From contig NC_068989.1 of NCBI RefSeq assembly GCF_001194135.2, forward strand, positions 42,359,086 through 42,412,034: a DNA stretch of 52,949 nucleotides, in the 5' to 3' direction. Each line of letters opens with the position of its first letter. Position 1 is the first letter of the stretch. The stretch comes from Octopus bimaculoides (lineage: Eukaryota). Position numbers and translations under genes: made by a program. A model generated the notes under the pieces. That model did not search any database, was not told where the DNA came from, and saw nothing but the letters and a program-made list of their open reading frames with translations. Positions 1-11,476 of the stretch are shown here, piece by piece.

Positions 1-82
1 CACACACACACACACGCATATATCACCATATAACTATCGACTAGAATATTGGATATTGTTATACACCACTGGTTACAAACTA

Positions 83-286
83 CAGTAATCCCTCGACTAT
101 CGCGGGTGGTACGTTCCAAAACCACCCACAGAAATAATTAAAATCTAAAAAAATATATACCTATCGGCCGCAGAAACCCGCGATATACCGAAGAGACCGC
201 GATATAAATTTACATATATTAGCCAGAAAAATCTGCGATGTACTGAGCGCGCGATAGGTGAACCGCGATATGGCTAAGGATTATTA
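83..286. mobile_element. pogo/Tigger-type MITE
   Basis: Left end TA|CAGTAATCCCTCGACTATCGCG and right end CGCGATATGGCTAAGGATTATTA|TA are imperfect inverted repeats flanked by TA; internal repeats of CGCGATA. Confidence 0.7.
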
Positions 287-349
287 TATTTTTCAAATGA
301 TGCCTACTCGCGAATTCGGCAAGTAGGCCAATATATATATTTCAAAGAT

Positions 350-351
<2 letters not shown>

Positions 352-381
<30 letters not shown>
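352..381. repeat. (ATT)10 microsatellite at 3' end of R4/Dong-like fragment
   Basis: Direct reading; a second (TTA)n tract lies at 711-741. Confidence 0.95.
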
Positions 382-384
<3 letters not shown>

Positions 385-708
385 TAGTTTTATTTTTATA
401 ACGTGCTTTCACTTCACTACCGAACGCAGCTCTGTGCGCCTTGGGTATGTGCTGTGGTTTGCTGTGGTGCTCTTATGTTTACTGTATTGAAAGTGTTTTG
501 CGTAGGATGTGTGCAGTACCCAGTAGTGCAATTTTCTGTATGTTATATATATATTTGTAAGTCCTGCTATTTTTGTTATGTATTTGTCTGAATATTTTTT
601 TATTATACCTAAGGCACCTACTATGATAGGAATTGTTTCTGTTTTTAGATTCCACATTCGAGTTATCTCTATTTCCAGGTCTTTGTATTTTGAAAGTTTT
701 TCCATTTC

Positions 709-710
<2 letters not shown>
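382..710 (-). mobile_element. 5'-truncated R4/Dong-like non-LTR retrotransposon 3' end (restriction-like endonuclease C-terminus + 3' UTR), family A
   Basis: Translates KEMEKLSKYKDLEIEITRMWNLKTETIPIIVGALGIIKK..., then after a frameshift IALLGTAHILRKTLSI-like; typical RLE C-terminal motif; TAA tracts on both sides; near-identical copy at 42569-42882. Confidence 0.85.
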
Positions 711-742
<32 letters not shown>

Positions 743-747
743 TATTC

Positions 748-845
748 ATGTATTTATTGCCCACAGGAGTTAAACAGAGAGGACAAACAAGGACAGACAA
801 AGGGATTAAGACGAGTACATCGACCCCAGTGCATAACTGGTACTT
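748..845 (-). mobile_element. 3' tail of tRNA-derived SINE family A (tail type A1)
   Basis: Matches the tail of the complete copy at 12931-13161 (tttattgcccac...gacaaacaaggacagacaaagggattaag...cgaccccagtgc.taactggtactt). Confidence 0.85.
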
Positions 846-1183
846 TGCACAGCTTCTAACGCTGGAGATGTACTACGGTGTCAGCTGTTCACCCCTTATT
901 TTTCGAGCACCTTCCGGAGTATTCGAGTGGTTCCAAGCAGTGCTGTTTTCTGCAAGTGCTCCACCCTTATTGCAGCCCCTATTTGTTCCATGTACAGCTC
1001 AAGATTTTTACTCACTATTCCCAGGGCTCCGCCAATTATTGTTAGTACTACCACCTTTTTCATCGACCACAACTGCTTAACCTCCCAAGCTAACCTGTCA
1101 TATCTATCGACTTTTCTTTCTTGCTTATCGCATACCTTGTTGTCGGCTGGGCAAGCTATATGTATGATTCAGCCATAGTTGAA
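846..1183 (-). mobile_element. R4-clade non-LTR retrotransposon 3' end (RLE domain), family B
   Basis: Minus strand reads IHIACPADNKVCDKQERKVDRYDRLAWEVKQLWSMKKVVVLTIIGGALGIVSKNLELYMEQIGAAIRVEHLQKTALLGTTRILRKVLEK* (stop at 896-898); homologous to but distinct from family A. Confidence 0.85.
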
Positions 1184-1384
1184 ACAAGAACAACAAACAT
1201 TGTTAAAAGAGGAAAGAAGCATGGTCATTCCTTACCCAAGTCACCTTATCTTATCAGCCATCATTTATGCACTCATAAATTAGCTTGATAGTTGAACTCT
1301 GAATGGCTGTATGCAAATGAGTTTATAAAAGGGTTCCAGAACTCTTGTGGGGAAAAAAATTTCGCACCCCGGACACATCAGCAT

Positions 1385-1583
1385 TTGAAGCTCTGACACG
1401 CTTCTGCTTGACTCACTAACACACCCACGTTTAGGTCACTGATGCATCTACACAGACTCTACATAGACTCATCCTTACTTGGGTCACTGACATAACCTCA
1501 TTTATGTCACTGACACGCCTTCACTTAGGTCGCTGACACGCTTTCCCTTGAGTCGTTGATACGCCTTCGTTTGTGTCACAGCC
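1385..1583. repeat. degenerate 23-bp minisatellite (~8.5 units, consensus ttaggtcactgacacgccttcac)
   Basis: Units start at 1385, 1408, 1431, 1479, 1502, 1525, 1548, 1571. Confidence 0.85.
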
Positions 1584-1774
1584 TATAGAAAGAGCAAGCC
1601 CTCATTAGACATTTAGAACTTTTTCCCTACAATATTACATACAGTGTGTTACTGATTCTGACACCAGCCACTGTTACTTGTATTGCATGACAAAATTTGA
1701 ACATGACTGTGTTTGCTCCATTCTACTACAAGTGTACTTCAAGAGTATCCCAACATAAGCCATTTATTTACTGA

Positions 1775-1997
1775 TTTCAATTCATTCTAAATTTTAGCAC
1801 AAGGCCTACAGTTTCGAGGAAAGGGGTTAGTCGATTACGTCGACCTCAGTACTCAACTGGTACTTAATTTATCGACCTCGAGGGAATGAAAGGGTAAGTC
1901 GACCTCCGCAGAATTTGAACTCAGGCGTAAAGACTGGCGAAATGCTGCTAAGCATTTTTTGCCCGGCGTGCTAACGATTCTGCCAGCCCACCACCTT
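1775..1997 (-). mobile_element. SINE family A (tail A2), diverged full-length copy
   Basis: Head aaggtggtgggctggcagaatcgttagcacgccggg, B-box-like gagttcaaattc, core gaggtcgataaattaagtacc, tail as in 27189-27400. Confidence 0.85.
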
Positions 1998-3289
1998 AAA
2001 CCATTTAGCTATAAGCAAAGTGTTGTGTAGGCCCAAGTAGTGTAGTGAGGAAGTGTTATGCACAGTGTTGTGGAAAGTCTAATGAAGAAACCTTATTTAG
2101 AGCAATGTTGTGTTATGAGAAAGTCTTGTGTAATGTAATCTAGCACAGGGCCAGTTTTAAGCCAATTAGACAGAATTGTTCAAATTGGGCCCCGCGCACA
2201 CGGTCGAGTGGAAGACGCTTTGATGAATTAAACCCCTTGACTTCGGCAAAACAAAAATGTCCACACGATTCATTTTATCTTTTTGTGCGACAAGCGGATT
2301 TACCTCATTACTTTAGAAAAAACATCTTATTTAACGCTATCTATTTTCTGCGAAATGAGTGCTTGGCAACATCTGACAGACAGGGCGTCATAATCAGCTC
2401 AACTCAGTTCACACGCAGTGTGTCCCTAGCTATCCTGACTTGTAATAGAACATTAAAACTTTCATATGAGCTTTCAGTTTTTATATCACTGCGGCTAATG
2501 GTGGAGCCTCAAGCGCTCAGTGCTTTTTTGGCTGGGACTGGTGTACTACACGAAGCATAAAGCACCAATCTTCAGCTTTTGTAGAGTAGATGACCCCACT
2601 GACAATCCTCTAATTGGATCCTGCACTTCCTAGCGCTGGCCCTGATGTAGTGATATGTAGTTTAATGTAGTGGAATGAGGAAATGTTGCATATGGTAGTG
2701 AGGAAGTGAGGATTAAGTGTAATCGACTTGTCCCCTCCCCACAAAATTTCAGGACCTGTGCTTTTAGTAGAAAGGATTAAGTGTTTATTTTTGTTCATCC
2801 AGACATGCGACACAATTCTACCACGTGACGTTTGCCACATAATTTATCCTTTAGCTTACACTTATTCATTCAATCGTGTCCGACACTTATTTGACTCTAT
2901 CAGGTGACATTTTTTTTTTATATACATTGATCCATTTTATGGATTTATTCTTTTCCTCCGCGCGACGCTTGATTATAGTGCAAACTTATTCATTTACGAC
3001 GTAGACAATTGGAATTACAGTTTACCATTTCACATTTCATTTTGGAATTATTGCAATATTTTTCGTTCATTGATAAAATCATTATCTGAGCATAATATCA
3101 TTATTCGTTCCTAAATTATAACAGTAGTAGTGTAGCAAGAACGTATTGTGAGGTGCAATGTAGTGTTGTGAAGGTAGTAAAAATGTGTTGCCTGGTGGCG
3201 AAGATTAGGTCTGCAACCCCACAGTACATTGACATAAGAGTACAGAAGTGTAGGGGAGGAGTAAAATCGATTGAATAGACGTATACTAT

Positions 3290-3390
3290 AGTGGTTTCAA
3301 ATTTTGGCACAAGGCTAGCAATTTCAGGCGAGAAGGTAATCCGATTACATCGATCCTAGTGCTCAACGGATACTTATTTTATCGACCCCA
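3290..3390 (-). mobile_element. SINE family A fragment (core + A2 tail)
   Basis: ttcaaattttggcacaaggc...cgattacatcga.cc.agt...tacttattttatcgacccc. Confidence 0.7.
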
Positions 3391-3400
3391 ATTTTATCAA

Positions 3401-3678
3401 CAAGGGTTCCAGTTGATCTGATCAATGGAACAGCCTGTTGGGGAAATTAATATGTAAGTGGCTGAGTACTCCACAGGCACGCGTACCTTTGAATGTCGTT
3501 CTGAAGGAGATTCAGCGTGACAAAGTCGGCCGCTTTGAAATACAGGTACAACTAATTTTTTCCAGCTGAGTGGACCTAAGCAACATGAACAAGGGCACAA
3601 ACGCGCGGCCAGGGATCGAACTGACGACCATACGATCGTGAGCCGAATACCCCTAACTATCATGCCACGCGCCTTCAC
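3401..3678 (-). mobile_element. tRNA-derived SINE family D (CORE-like middle, shared long tail)
   Basis: Head gtgaaggcgcgtggcatgatagttagggg...; tail shared with 38357-38745 and 47846-48139. Confidence 0.8.
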
Positions 3679-4145
3679 TGGAACTGAAGTAGGAATATAG
3701 CCGCTAACATCTGTTCTGGTCGTGAAGAAGCTAGCAGTTTTATAAAACCAGATGTAGTATTCCTTACTTAAAATAATACTAATTTGAAGTAGTTGCTATT
3801 CCGGAGTCCCAATATTTGCCAATATTTACCAATGCTTATCGCCATCAGATTTATTTAGATAGATAAAGAAAGGAATTAAGCTAACGGCATTCAGTAATGC
3901 GTTTGACTTATTCATGTACTTCAGTGCAAAAATATGGTGTTTTCATTGTTCGTCGTAGGTGGAGAGTGACGTAAATGGAATTCAGTCATTAGTTACTGCA
4001 TATTTATTTCTTCTTCGATAAGTACAGAGATATACTCGTCGCAAGGATGTAAAACTATAATGACAGAACAAAGTATTTTATAAACCATCTCTCACGTTCA
4101 AAACAACGTTTTATATATTTTCTTTCTGTCTTTCTTTCTTTCTCG

Positions 4146-4146
<1 letters not shown>

Positions 4147-4213
<67 letters not shown>
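4147..4213. repeat. (TG)n(TA)n compound microsatellite
   Basis: Direct reading. Confidence 0.95.
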
Positions 4214-4217
<4 letters not shown>

Positions 4218-4714
4218 ATGTACACTTGTATATATCGTTGCTATTACGTTAAACAGTCGAACGTTCAAATTTGGCCAAATGCGTTTTTACAATATTTAAT
4301 TTTGCTGGCAATAGCCGGTTCTTTTGGCCAAGCTATCGTATCTCCAGCTGCTTCAGATGCCATGATATGAAAATTGTCAAAGTGTAGTACAACGGTTTAG
4401 CGTCTATCAGAAGTGTAGTAAATCCCAGATACGACAGTTTTGCAAAAATATTTCTGACTGAAAATATCATACATGCATGGAGTTACGATTTTATGCACCC
4501 AACAAAGTATTACTGTTAAGCTGAAACTGTTGCTATTGTAAAAAGAAATGGAATGGTGAAACTATTTTTTCGTTTTCTGAAAAAGCAACGCTTTGGACTT
4601 AAGATACTTTTGCATAATAACAACGATACATATTCTCTTACGCGTATGTGTGTTCGATAATATACATACATATACATACATACATACATACATACATACA
4701 TACATACATACATG

Positions 4715-4769
<55 letters not shown>

Positions 4770-4809
4770 GTATGTAAAAACATACATACATATACGTACA
4801 CATACACAC

Positions 4810-5600
4810 ACATACCCAGGCCTATTCCCCATTTTCTTTTCTTTTTTAGGAGTGGGTAGCTACAAGACACACCAGACGCACTCCATTCATTTCCCAGCTC
4901 AAAGAGGCGAGCCCCGTGCTATACTCAGGTCAAGGCATAGAACGCAACCTCTAATATCAGTAGCGGGGCCCGACAGCATATGCTGGTTTACTCCGCCACA
5001 TCATGCTGGTTTCATACCCCTTTGAGTAACATCAAATTCTCTCATCCATCCGCAAACACTCTCCAAGATTTCCTATCATTTATAAACTCTCTTGCCTCTC
5101 TCACTCCAACTTCTCTGACCACCAAAGCGTTCCTCATTCCATCCATCCACACAAACCGAGGTCTGCCTCTGGTTCTGTTGCCTACCAACTCTGCCTTCAT
5201 CGCTCTCCTTACCATCCGCTCCTCTTCTCTCCTCTCCATGTGGCCAAACTACCTCAACATTCGTCTATCCATTTTAGTTGTTAGTTTTTCTCTCATTCCT
5301 GCTCGCCTTCGCACCTTCTGTTCCTCATCCTGTCCATCCGTGTCAAACCAACCATAGCCCTCAGACGTCTCATCCATAAAGGCCCAATACACATCTCTCC
5401 CTTTTGTCAAAAACTTCTCACGCATCTGCCTTACTACAAATATCTGATCTGCACAGCCCCTTCCACTCCTAAAACCGCACTGCTCCTTCCCTATTACACT
5501 CTCTGTCTGGTTCCTCACCCTTACAACCAGAATTATCCCGTACAGTTTACCAACCACACACACAACAAACTTATACCCCTAAAATTGTTTATTTTCCTCA
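4810..5600 (-). mobile_element. RTE-clade LINE remnant, 5'-truncated with a large internal deletion
   Basis: NFRGISLLC(fs)VVGKLYG...KEQCGFRSGRGCADQIFVVRQMREKFLTKGRDVYWAFMD (RT N-terminal motifs) joined directly to MRRLRAMVGLTRMDRMRN...VRRRAGMREKL...FGHMERREEERMVRR...RTRGRPRFVWMDG (RTE C-terminus), then a 3' UTR ending in simple repeats. Confidence 0.9.
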
Positions 5601-5907
5601 TTTTCTTCTTTGTCTCTTTTTCTTTCTCGTGAGGCGTTCTTATCTCGTTTCAGACGTCTTAAACGAAACTAGGTCACTCTACTTGACCAGGTTTATCAAG
5701 AAATCAGTGTCTGACACTTTGGTTGGTCTGTGACAGAGTTGACAGAGAAAGAAGCTGCCATCTCAGATAAGATTCTCGATCAACAGTGATTCATGATGTT
5801 TGTTGCTTTGCTCTCTAGAGATTACATCATTGCTGCCTCATTAGTATATGCATATCTAATATACACACACATACACAGACACACAGACACACAGACACAG
5901 ACAGACA

Positions 5908-5950
<43 letters not shown>

Positions 5951-5969
5951 CCCCACAACAGACTAATTG

Positions 5970-6700
5970 AAGAGCTTTGATGAATTATGATACTAGAGAC
6001 CAATGTGGCTGGAATTAAGAGAGAAAGGACGAATGTATTCGTTCTAAAGTCTTCGTTCGGACATATCGACTTCTTAGACAGCATCATGATAAACGAAAAC
6101 GGTAACAGCACGGATATTGAAACAAATATTAATGGCAGTTCCATAAATTCTGTTAGAGATCTGGAACCACTCAATAGGTAAGGAAACGACAAAAAGTCTA
6201 TTACATACACAAGCGGACCGAACATCACCCCTAAAGTAAGTAGTGGTTTTTGCGAAAGAATTTACGGTTATCATCTAGGACTAAAAGAGAAGAAACGTAG
6301 GGAAGAGGCAGAAATGAATGCATCAACAGACATTGGCCAGAAACCCAAACTAAAAAATAAAAGATAATTTATTTTGGAACGCAGAAACGCCGTCAGAACA
6401 GCAGAAATATTGGGTAAATTATCGTTACAAAGAGGAAAAATTTGTCAACAACTAGCCATTGGACTCGAATCCACATCTCTTGAAGACGCTTATAAAAACA
6501 AATGTTTGTTATATTTATACACACGTAGTTAAAAATAAAAGCTTTTACAACAAAATTACAAACAATAACACCTGAAAAAAAAAAAGAACTGACGTTGCTA
6601 TCTACATAAAGGGCTCCTCCTACTGGTATGGAGTAAAATGGAATGAACTGTCTGTTTGCAAACATCATGTCCAGTCAGATTTATGCCAAAAGAGGGTAAC
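5970..6700 (+). mobile_element. possible highly decayed LINE ORF2 (APE endonuclease/linker) remnant
   Basis: Weak motifs INENGN, KKSITYTSG and WNELS in interrupted frames; no intact ORF. Confidence 0.3.
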
Positions 6701-7183
6701 AATTTCCCACAAAACCAATTCGAATGTAAATAATTATATCCTAATAACCCGATGTCGTACAGGTCAACGTAATCAAAGTGGGAGTACCAGGACGTCGGTC
6801 GTATTTACACTCACCTAAGGAAGATGTAACAAAACGTCGCCTGCTCTCATCAATAGGTAATAATTCAGTTGTAGTGCGAACAGCAGTAATCGAAATAGCA
6901 TGCTTTTTAAAATATCACGCAAAAGATTGTACGTCAGCTGACCTGGCTGCAACATATGTACAGGGAAAGCCGCACTTATCGATACACAGAGCTAAACGAC
7001 AGACAGATCCAAGATTTTTAACTAAATGTCACTCTAATACTATTGTTATTACAAATCAGTAAATCAGTAAGAAGAAACAGGGGTGAAATCTCTTACCGGG
7101 CTGGTATTGATACATACAATCAAGAACTATGTATGGCAGTCACGGAAAACCACATCACAGCAAATGTAGCAAATGCAGAGATA

Positions 7184-7396
7184 TACAGCATTTTGAGGCA
7201 TATAAGTCGATGTAGTATATAGAGCAAATATTTAGTGTAAACATTAAAAAATCGTCACTATCTTTCCAAATCTCGCAGCGTTTCAGTTGGATTTTTTGGT
7301 CCACCAAAATCGCCTATATATATATAAGTCAACTGACATTATTTGACTGCAAATTTTGGTCTGGAAAATTCGACTTATATAACAGAAAATATGCTA
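7184..7396. mobile_element. pogo/Tigger-type MITE
   Basis: tacagcattttgaggcatataagtcga (7184-7210) versus tcgacttatataacagaaaatatgcta (7370-7396) form imperfect terminal inverted repeats with TA ends. Confidence 0.65.
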
Positions 7397-7416
7397 CACG
7401 TTAAAGTAATCATCGA

Positions 7417-7661
7417 GGCGCCTGGCTTAATGGTTAGGGTGTTGGACACATGATCGTAAGATTGCGATTTCGATTCCTCGACCGGGAAACGCATTGTGTT
7501 CTTAAGGAAAACACTTCATTTCACGTTGCTCCAATCCACTCAGCTAGCAAAAATTAGTAATCCTGCGCTGGACCGGTGTCTCGTCCAGGTGGAGAATATA
7601 TACGCCCTGGAAACCGGGAAACCGGTCCTGTGGATCTCTCTGACTCGGAAAGGAACTTTAC
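7417..7661 (+). mobile_element. tRNA-derived SINE family E (CORE-like middle, short tail)
   Basis: A-box tggcttaatgg, B-box-like atttcgattcc, middle tgtgttcttaaggaaaacacttcatttcacgttgctccaatccactcagct shared with family D; different tail. Confidence 0.8.
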
Positions 7662-8357
7662 ATTGCTCTTTACTACAGTTAACGTGCACATCCTGTGATA
7701 TCGACTTACAGATGTTTACCTGATACCATCCCACAGACAAAGGGCCAGGCCTGCAACTACTCACAGCAAATGATAACACTCATATCGAATTCTCTTCTTT
7801 ACAGATAATAAACCTATACATCAACTGTATCGATCTCCTAACTAATGAACTCTACCTATAGAAGTCAAGGCTGTTGCTCTTTCCTCATGACTATACCATA
7901 ATAAAAAAAAATGCAGGAAACACAAATACACACACGCACAAACACACACACATACATACATACACATGCATTAAACCACAGCCAAATACACGCACACAAC
8001 CACAAACATAAACATACATACAAACGTATAAACGCATAAAATCGCATACACACACACACACACACACACATGCATTTGTGGAAAGTTAAGCCGCCACTAA
8101 TTGTTTTATGTGCCTGTTTAGCCGCGAGAAGACATGGAAATTCTTTTGACTCTCCAGCATCTTGACCTATCAGGTTATTTGGTATATGACAGCTGAATGG
8201 TCAACGAGGCAGCATCATTTGAAAGGTATACCAATGCGAGGAAGCACATTTTGATCAGTCATATATAACCAGATTCGATAGTCAGGTCGATACTGTGATA
8301 CATACATACATACATACCTACATACATACATATGTAAAATATATGTGTATACATATG

Positions 8358-8388
<31 letters not shown>

Positions 8389-8393
8389 GTATA

Positions 8394-8782
8394 GGCGTAG
8401 GAGTGGCTGTGTGGTAAGTAGCTTGCTTACGAACCACATGGTTCTGGGTTCAGTCCCACTGCGTGGCACCTTGGGCAAGTATCTTCTACTGTAGCCTCGG
8501 GCCGACCAAAGCCTTGTGAGTGGATTTGGTAGACGGATTTGGTGAGTGGATTTGGTGTGTGTGTGTGTGTGTGTGTATGTTTGTGTGTCTGCGTTTGTCC
8601 CTCCAACATCGCTTGACAACCGATGCTGGTGTGTTTATGTCCCTGTAACTTAGCGGTTCGGCAAAAGAGACCGATAGAATAAGTACTAGGCTTACAAAGA
8701 ATAAGCCCTGGGGGTCGATTTGCTCGACTAAAGGCAGTGCTCCAGCATGGCCACAGTCAAATGATTGAAACAAGTAAAAGAG
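8394..8782 (+). mobile_element. tRNA-derived SINE family B, full-length with internal (TG)n
   Basis: Head ggcgtaggagtggctgtgtggtaag, ggttcagtccc, CORE-like gcgtggcaccttgggcaagt; tail ends gaaacaagtaaaagag; many partial copies elsewhere in the window. Confidence 0.9.
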
Positions 8783-9049
8783 TGTATATGTAAATATATA
8801 TATATATATGAAACAAAAGAAAGGGGTGCTTCCACGCAGGAAAATATATAGGGAAATGTGTTGTTGAAAATGTACCTAAATTTCAAAAGCTCGTAAATGT
8901 TTAAAATACATTTATTTACATATATACCAAACTAGTTCCAACATTCAAAATTATACACGAATATATCAGTGGATAATTTTGAATAGTCTACAATATATAC
9001 TGCGTAATATATTTTTACATTCATTCCTCTTTTATTATTTATTTTTCAC

Positions 9050-9440
9050 TCATATCCAGTTCTTCACCGTGGCTCGTTTAATTGGTCTCTTCTTATAAAC
9101 GCTGTGAATGACGCTTGAATTCAGAATTTGAATTGTGTAGATAGACGTTGACACAATATTCTTGCCGGTCGGGCACATGTTAAGCCCCAAGGTATGTTTT
9201 TTCTGTTAAAATCTATGTACGGAATGTTCTCCTGAAGAGAAGAATGGATCCACTACTGGTTCCTAACTTCAAAATTGCAATAAAGGTCTAACCTTTTATT
9301 TTCATTTAGGTTTTGAATTCTATATGTCATGTCACTCGCGGACAGGGTTTATAGTTGAGGAGACATGAGTGATTATAGTGGCTTTATGGCGGTTTTGACT
9401 GCTATTTCTGGCATGTAAGGGTTTGTAACCCTCTCTGTTA
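9050..9440 (-). mobile_element. decayed Tc1/mariner-type transposase remnant
   Basis: Broken minus-strand frames give THVSSTIN, I*NSKP, VDPFF, KTYLG and LNE...NWI in the order expected for a DDD/E transposase core. Confidence 0.35.
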
Positions 9441-9473
9441 TAATTGTGATCTTTCACAATTATTGCACCCTTC

Positions 9474-9524
<51 letters not shown>

Positions 9525-9989
9525 NNNNNNNNNNCTTGGTCCTGTTCTCATAATTGTTTCGCTCATCCAATAACAACAATACAATGTATGTAGCCCTAAA
9601 AAACGGTTTTTGTGCATTTACAGAGAATACCGAACTGTCTTACACAGGATCTTGTTTTGGGGTATTCTCAATAAGTAATGAATACCCAAATTGTGAAGTC
9701 AGTTATGTAATAACAGGCTAATCAGATATGAGATAATAACAATTTAAAGTAAATAACTCTGAAAAGGGGCTTTTGTGCGTTCCCAAAGAATATTACCTTC
9801 AGGGACGCTAGTGTTGGTATATTCATGAATAAGTCACTAACCGAAATAAGTGGATCTATTGTTTAGGAAAATACTATTTACTTGTTTAAGGGTTGTACTG
9901 GATAAATTGCGAAAATAACTCTAACAGTTCAAATACTAAGAAATAAGCATACTCAATTTCATTTTTAGCAAAAAATTTAGGAAAATGAA

Positions 9990-10375
<386 letters not shown>

Positions 10376-10896
10376 CTGTGACAGCACATAGGTGGTATTA
10401 ATTTTCAGCTGACTAGGTTGGAGCAACGTGAAATGAAGCTTCTTACTCAAAGACAACGCGCTGTCTGTTTCAGTAAAGCGAACTCACGAACTTAACATGA
10501 AATAAACACCCCAACCTTTAGGCTGCATACGTTCACGCACACAGACACACACATACACACACACACACATACACACACACTCTCTCGAATACGCTTATAG
10601 TAAAGAAAACAGATGTATGTATAGTGAAAACCTCGAAAAGTATTAATTCCATAGACCTAATGTATAGGGAAACGGAAATGAATGTCAGCAAAACATAGCG
10701 ACTGCAATATTTATCGAACTGAAGCAATTATCCTGTCGAGCAAGTTGCCAAGACCAATGCAAATCTTCCACGCCGATCGAATGATGCAGGATGAGTAAGT
10801 TCATTTGCCCGAAATATTCTGCATCCATCATGCTGCATCCTTTGATTACAACGTACCCTGGCTCAGGCGGTTACGTGTTATTAAACCGATAGACAG

Positions 10897-11016
10897 GCCC
10901 CTGACTGGTGCAGCTACACCGAATCGGTGCAGACCTGGGAGAAATGGTGGCTAAGAAATGGTTTCAGACTCTTTAAAATCAACTATGGCACTCTCGAACG
11001 AGGGCCTCACTACCAG
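10897..11016 (+). other. candidate 120-bp phase 0-0 exon or decayed coding remnant
   Basis: cag|GCC...CAG|gtactg; open frame APDWCSYTESVQTWEKWWLRNGFRLFKINYGTLERGPHYQ; weak polypyrimidine tract; no partner exons found. Confidence 0.25.
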
Positions 11017-11221
11017 GTACTGTTTAAGGTTACACTAGGGACAGTAAGACATTTGTAAATAAAAAACAAACATAAGGAAACAAATAAAATAAAGCTGAAG
11101 GACAATGATTTAAGGACCAGTAGTGATAACTTCATTTGTGGAAGGGCGAGAAAGAATTATAAACAGCAAAGAGCGGAACCAAACAGCACTGATCAAACCA
11201 TGATATATTGCATCAATTAGA

Positions 11222-11476
11222 GCAGAAAGCTGGCAGAATCGTTAGTATGCCGGGCAAAATGCTTAGCGGCATTTCGCCCGTCTTTATGTTTTGAATTCAC
11301 ATTCCGCCGAGGGTGACTTTACTTTTCATCCTTTCGGGATCAATGTGATCGATTTTAACCTACCTCCACCTCGGAATTGCTGGTCGATAAAGTAAGTATC
11401 ATTTGAGTACTGGGACCGATGTAATCGATTTATTCCTTTCTTCGAACTTGCAGGCCTGGTTCTAAATTTTGAAACT
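11222..11476 (+). mobile_element. SINE family A (A2), diverged, with an internal partial tail duplication
   Basis: agctggcagaatcgttag..ccgggcaaaatgcttagcgg head; tttcatcctttcggg core; tail-like segment appears twice. Confidence 0.8.

Noticed and set aside
1385-1583. Regularly spaced 23-bp units as a CRISPR-like array
   Set aside because: The units abut with no unique spacers, there are no cas genes, and the context is eukaryotic; it is a minisatellite.
5987-6181. 64-aa ORF as a host exon or gene
   Set aside because: No recognisable host domain, the surrounding frames are broken, and weak APE-like motifs fit a TE remnant better.
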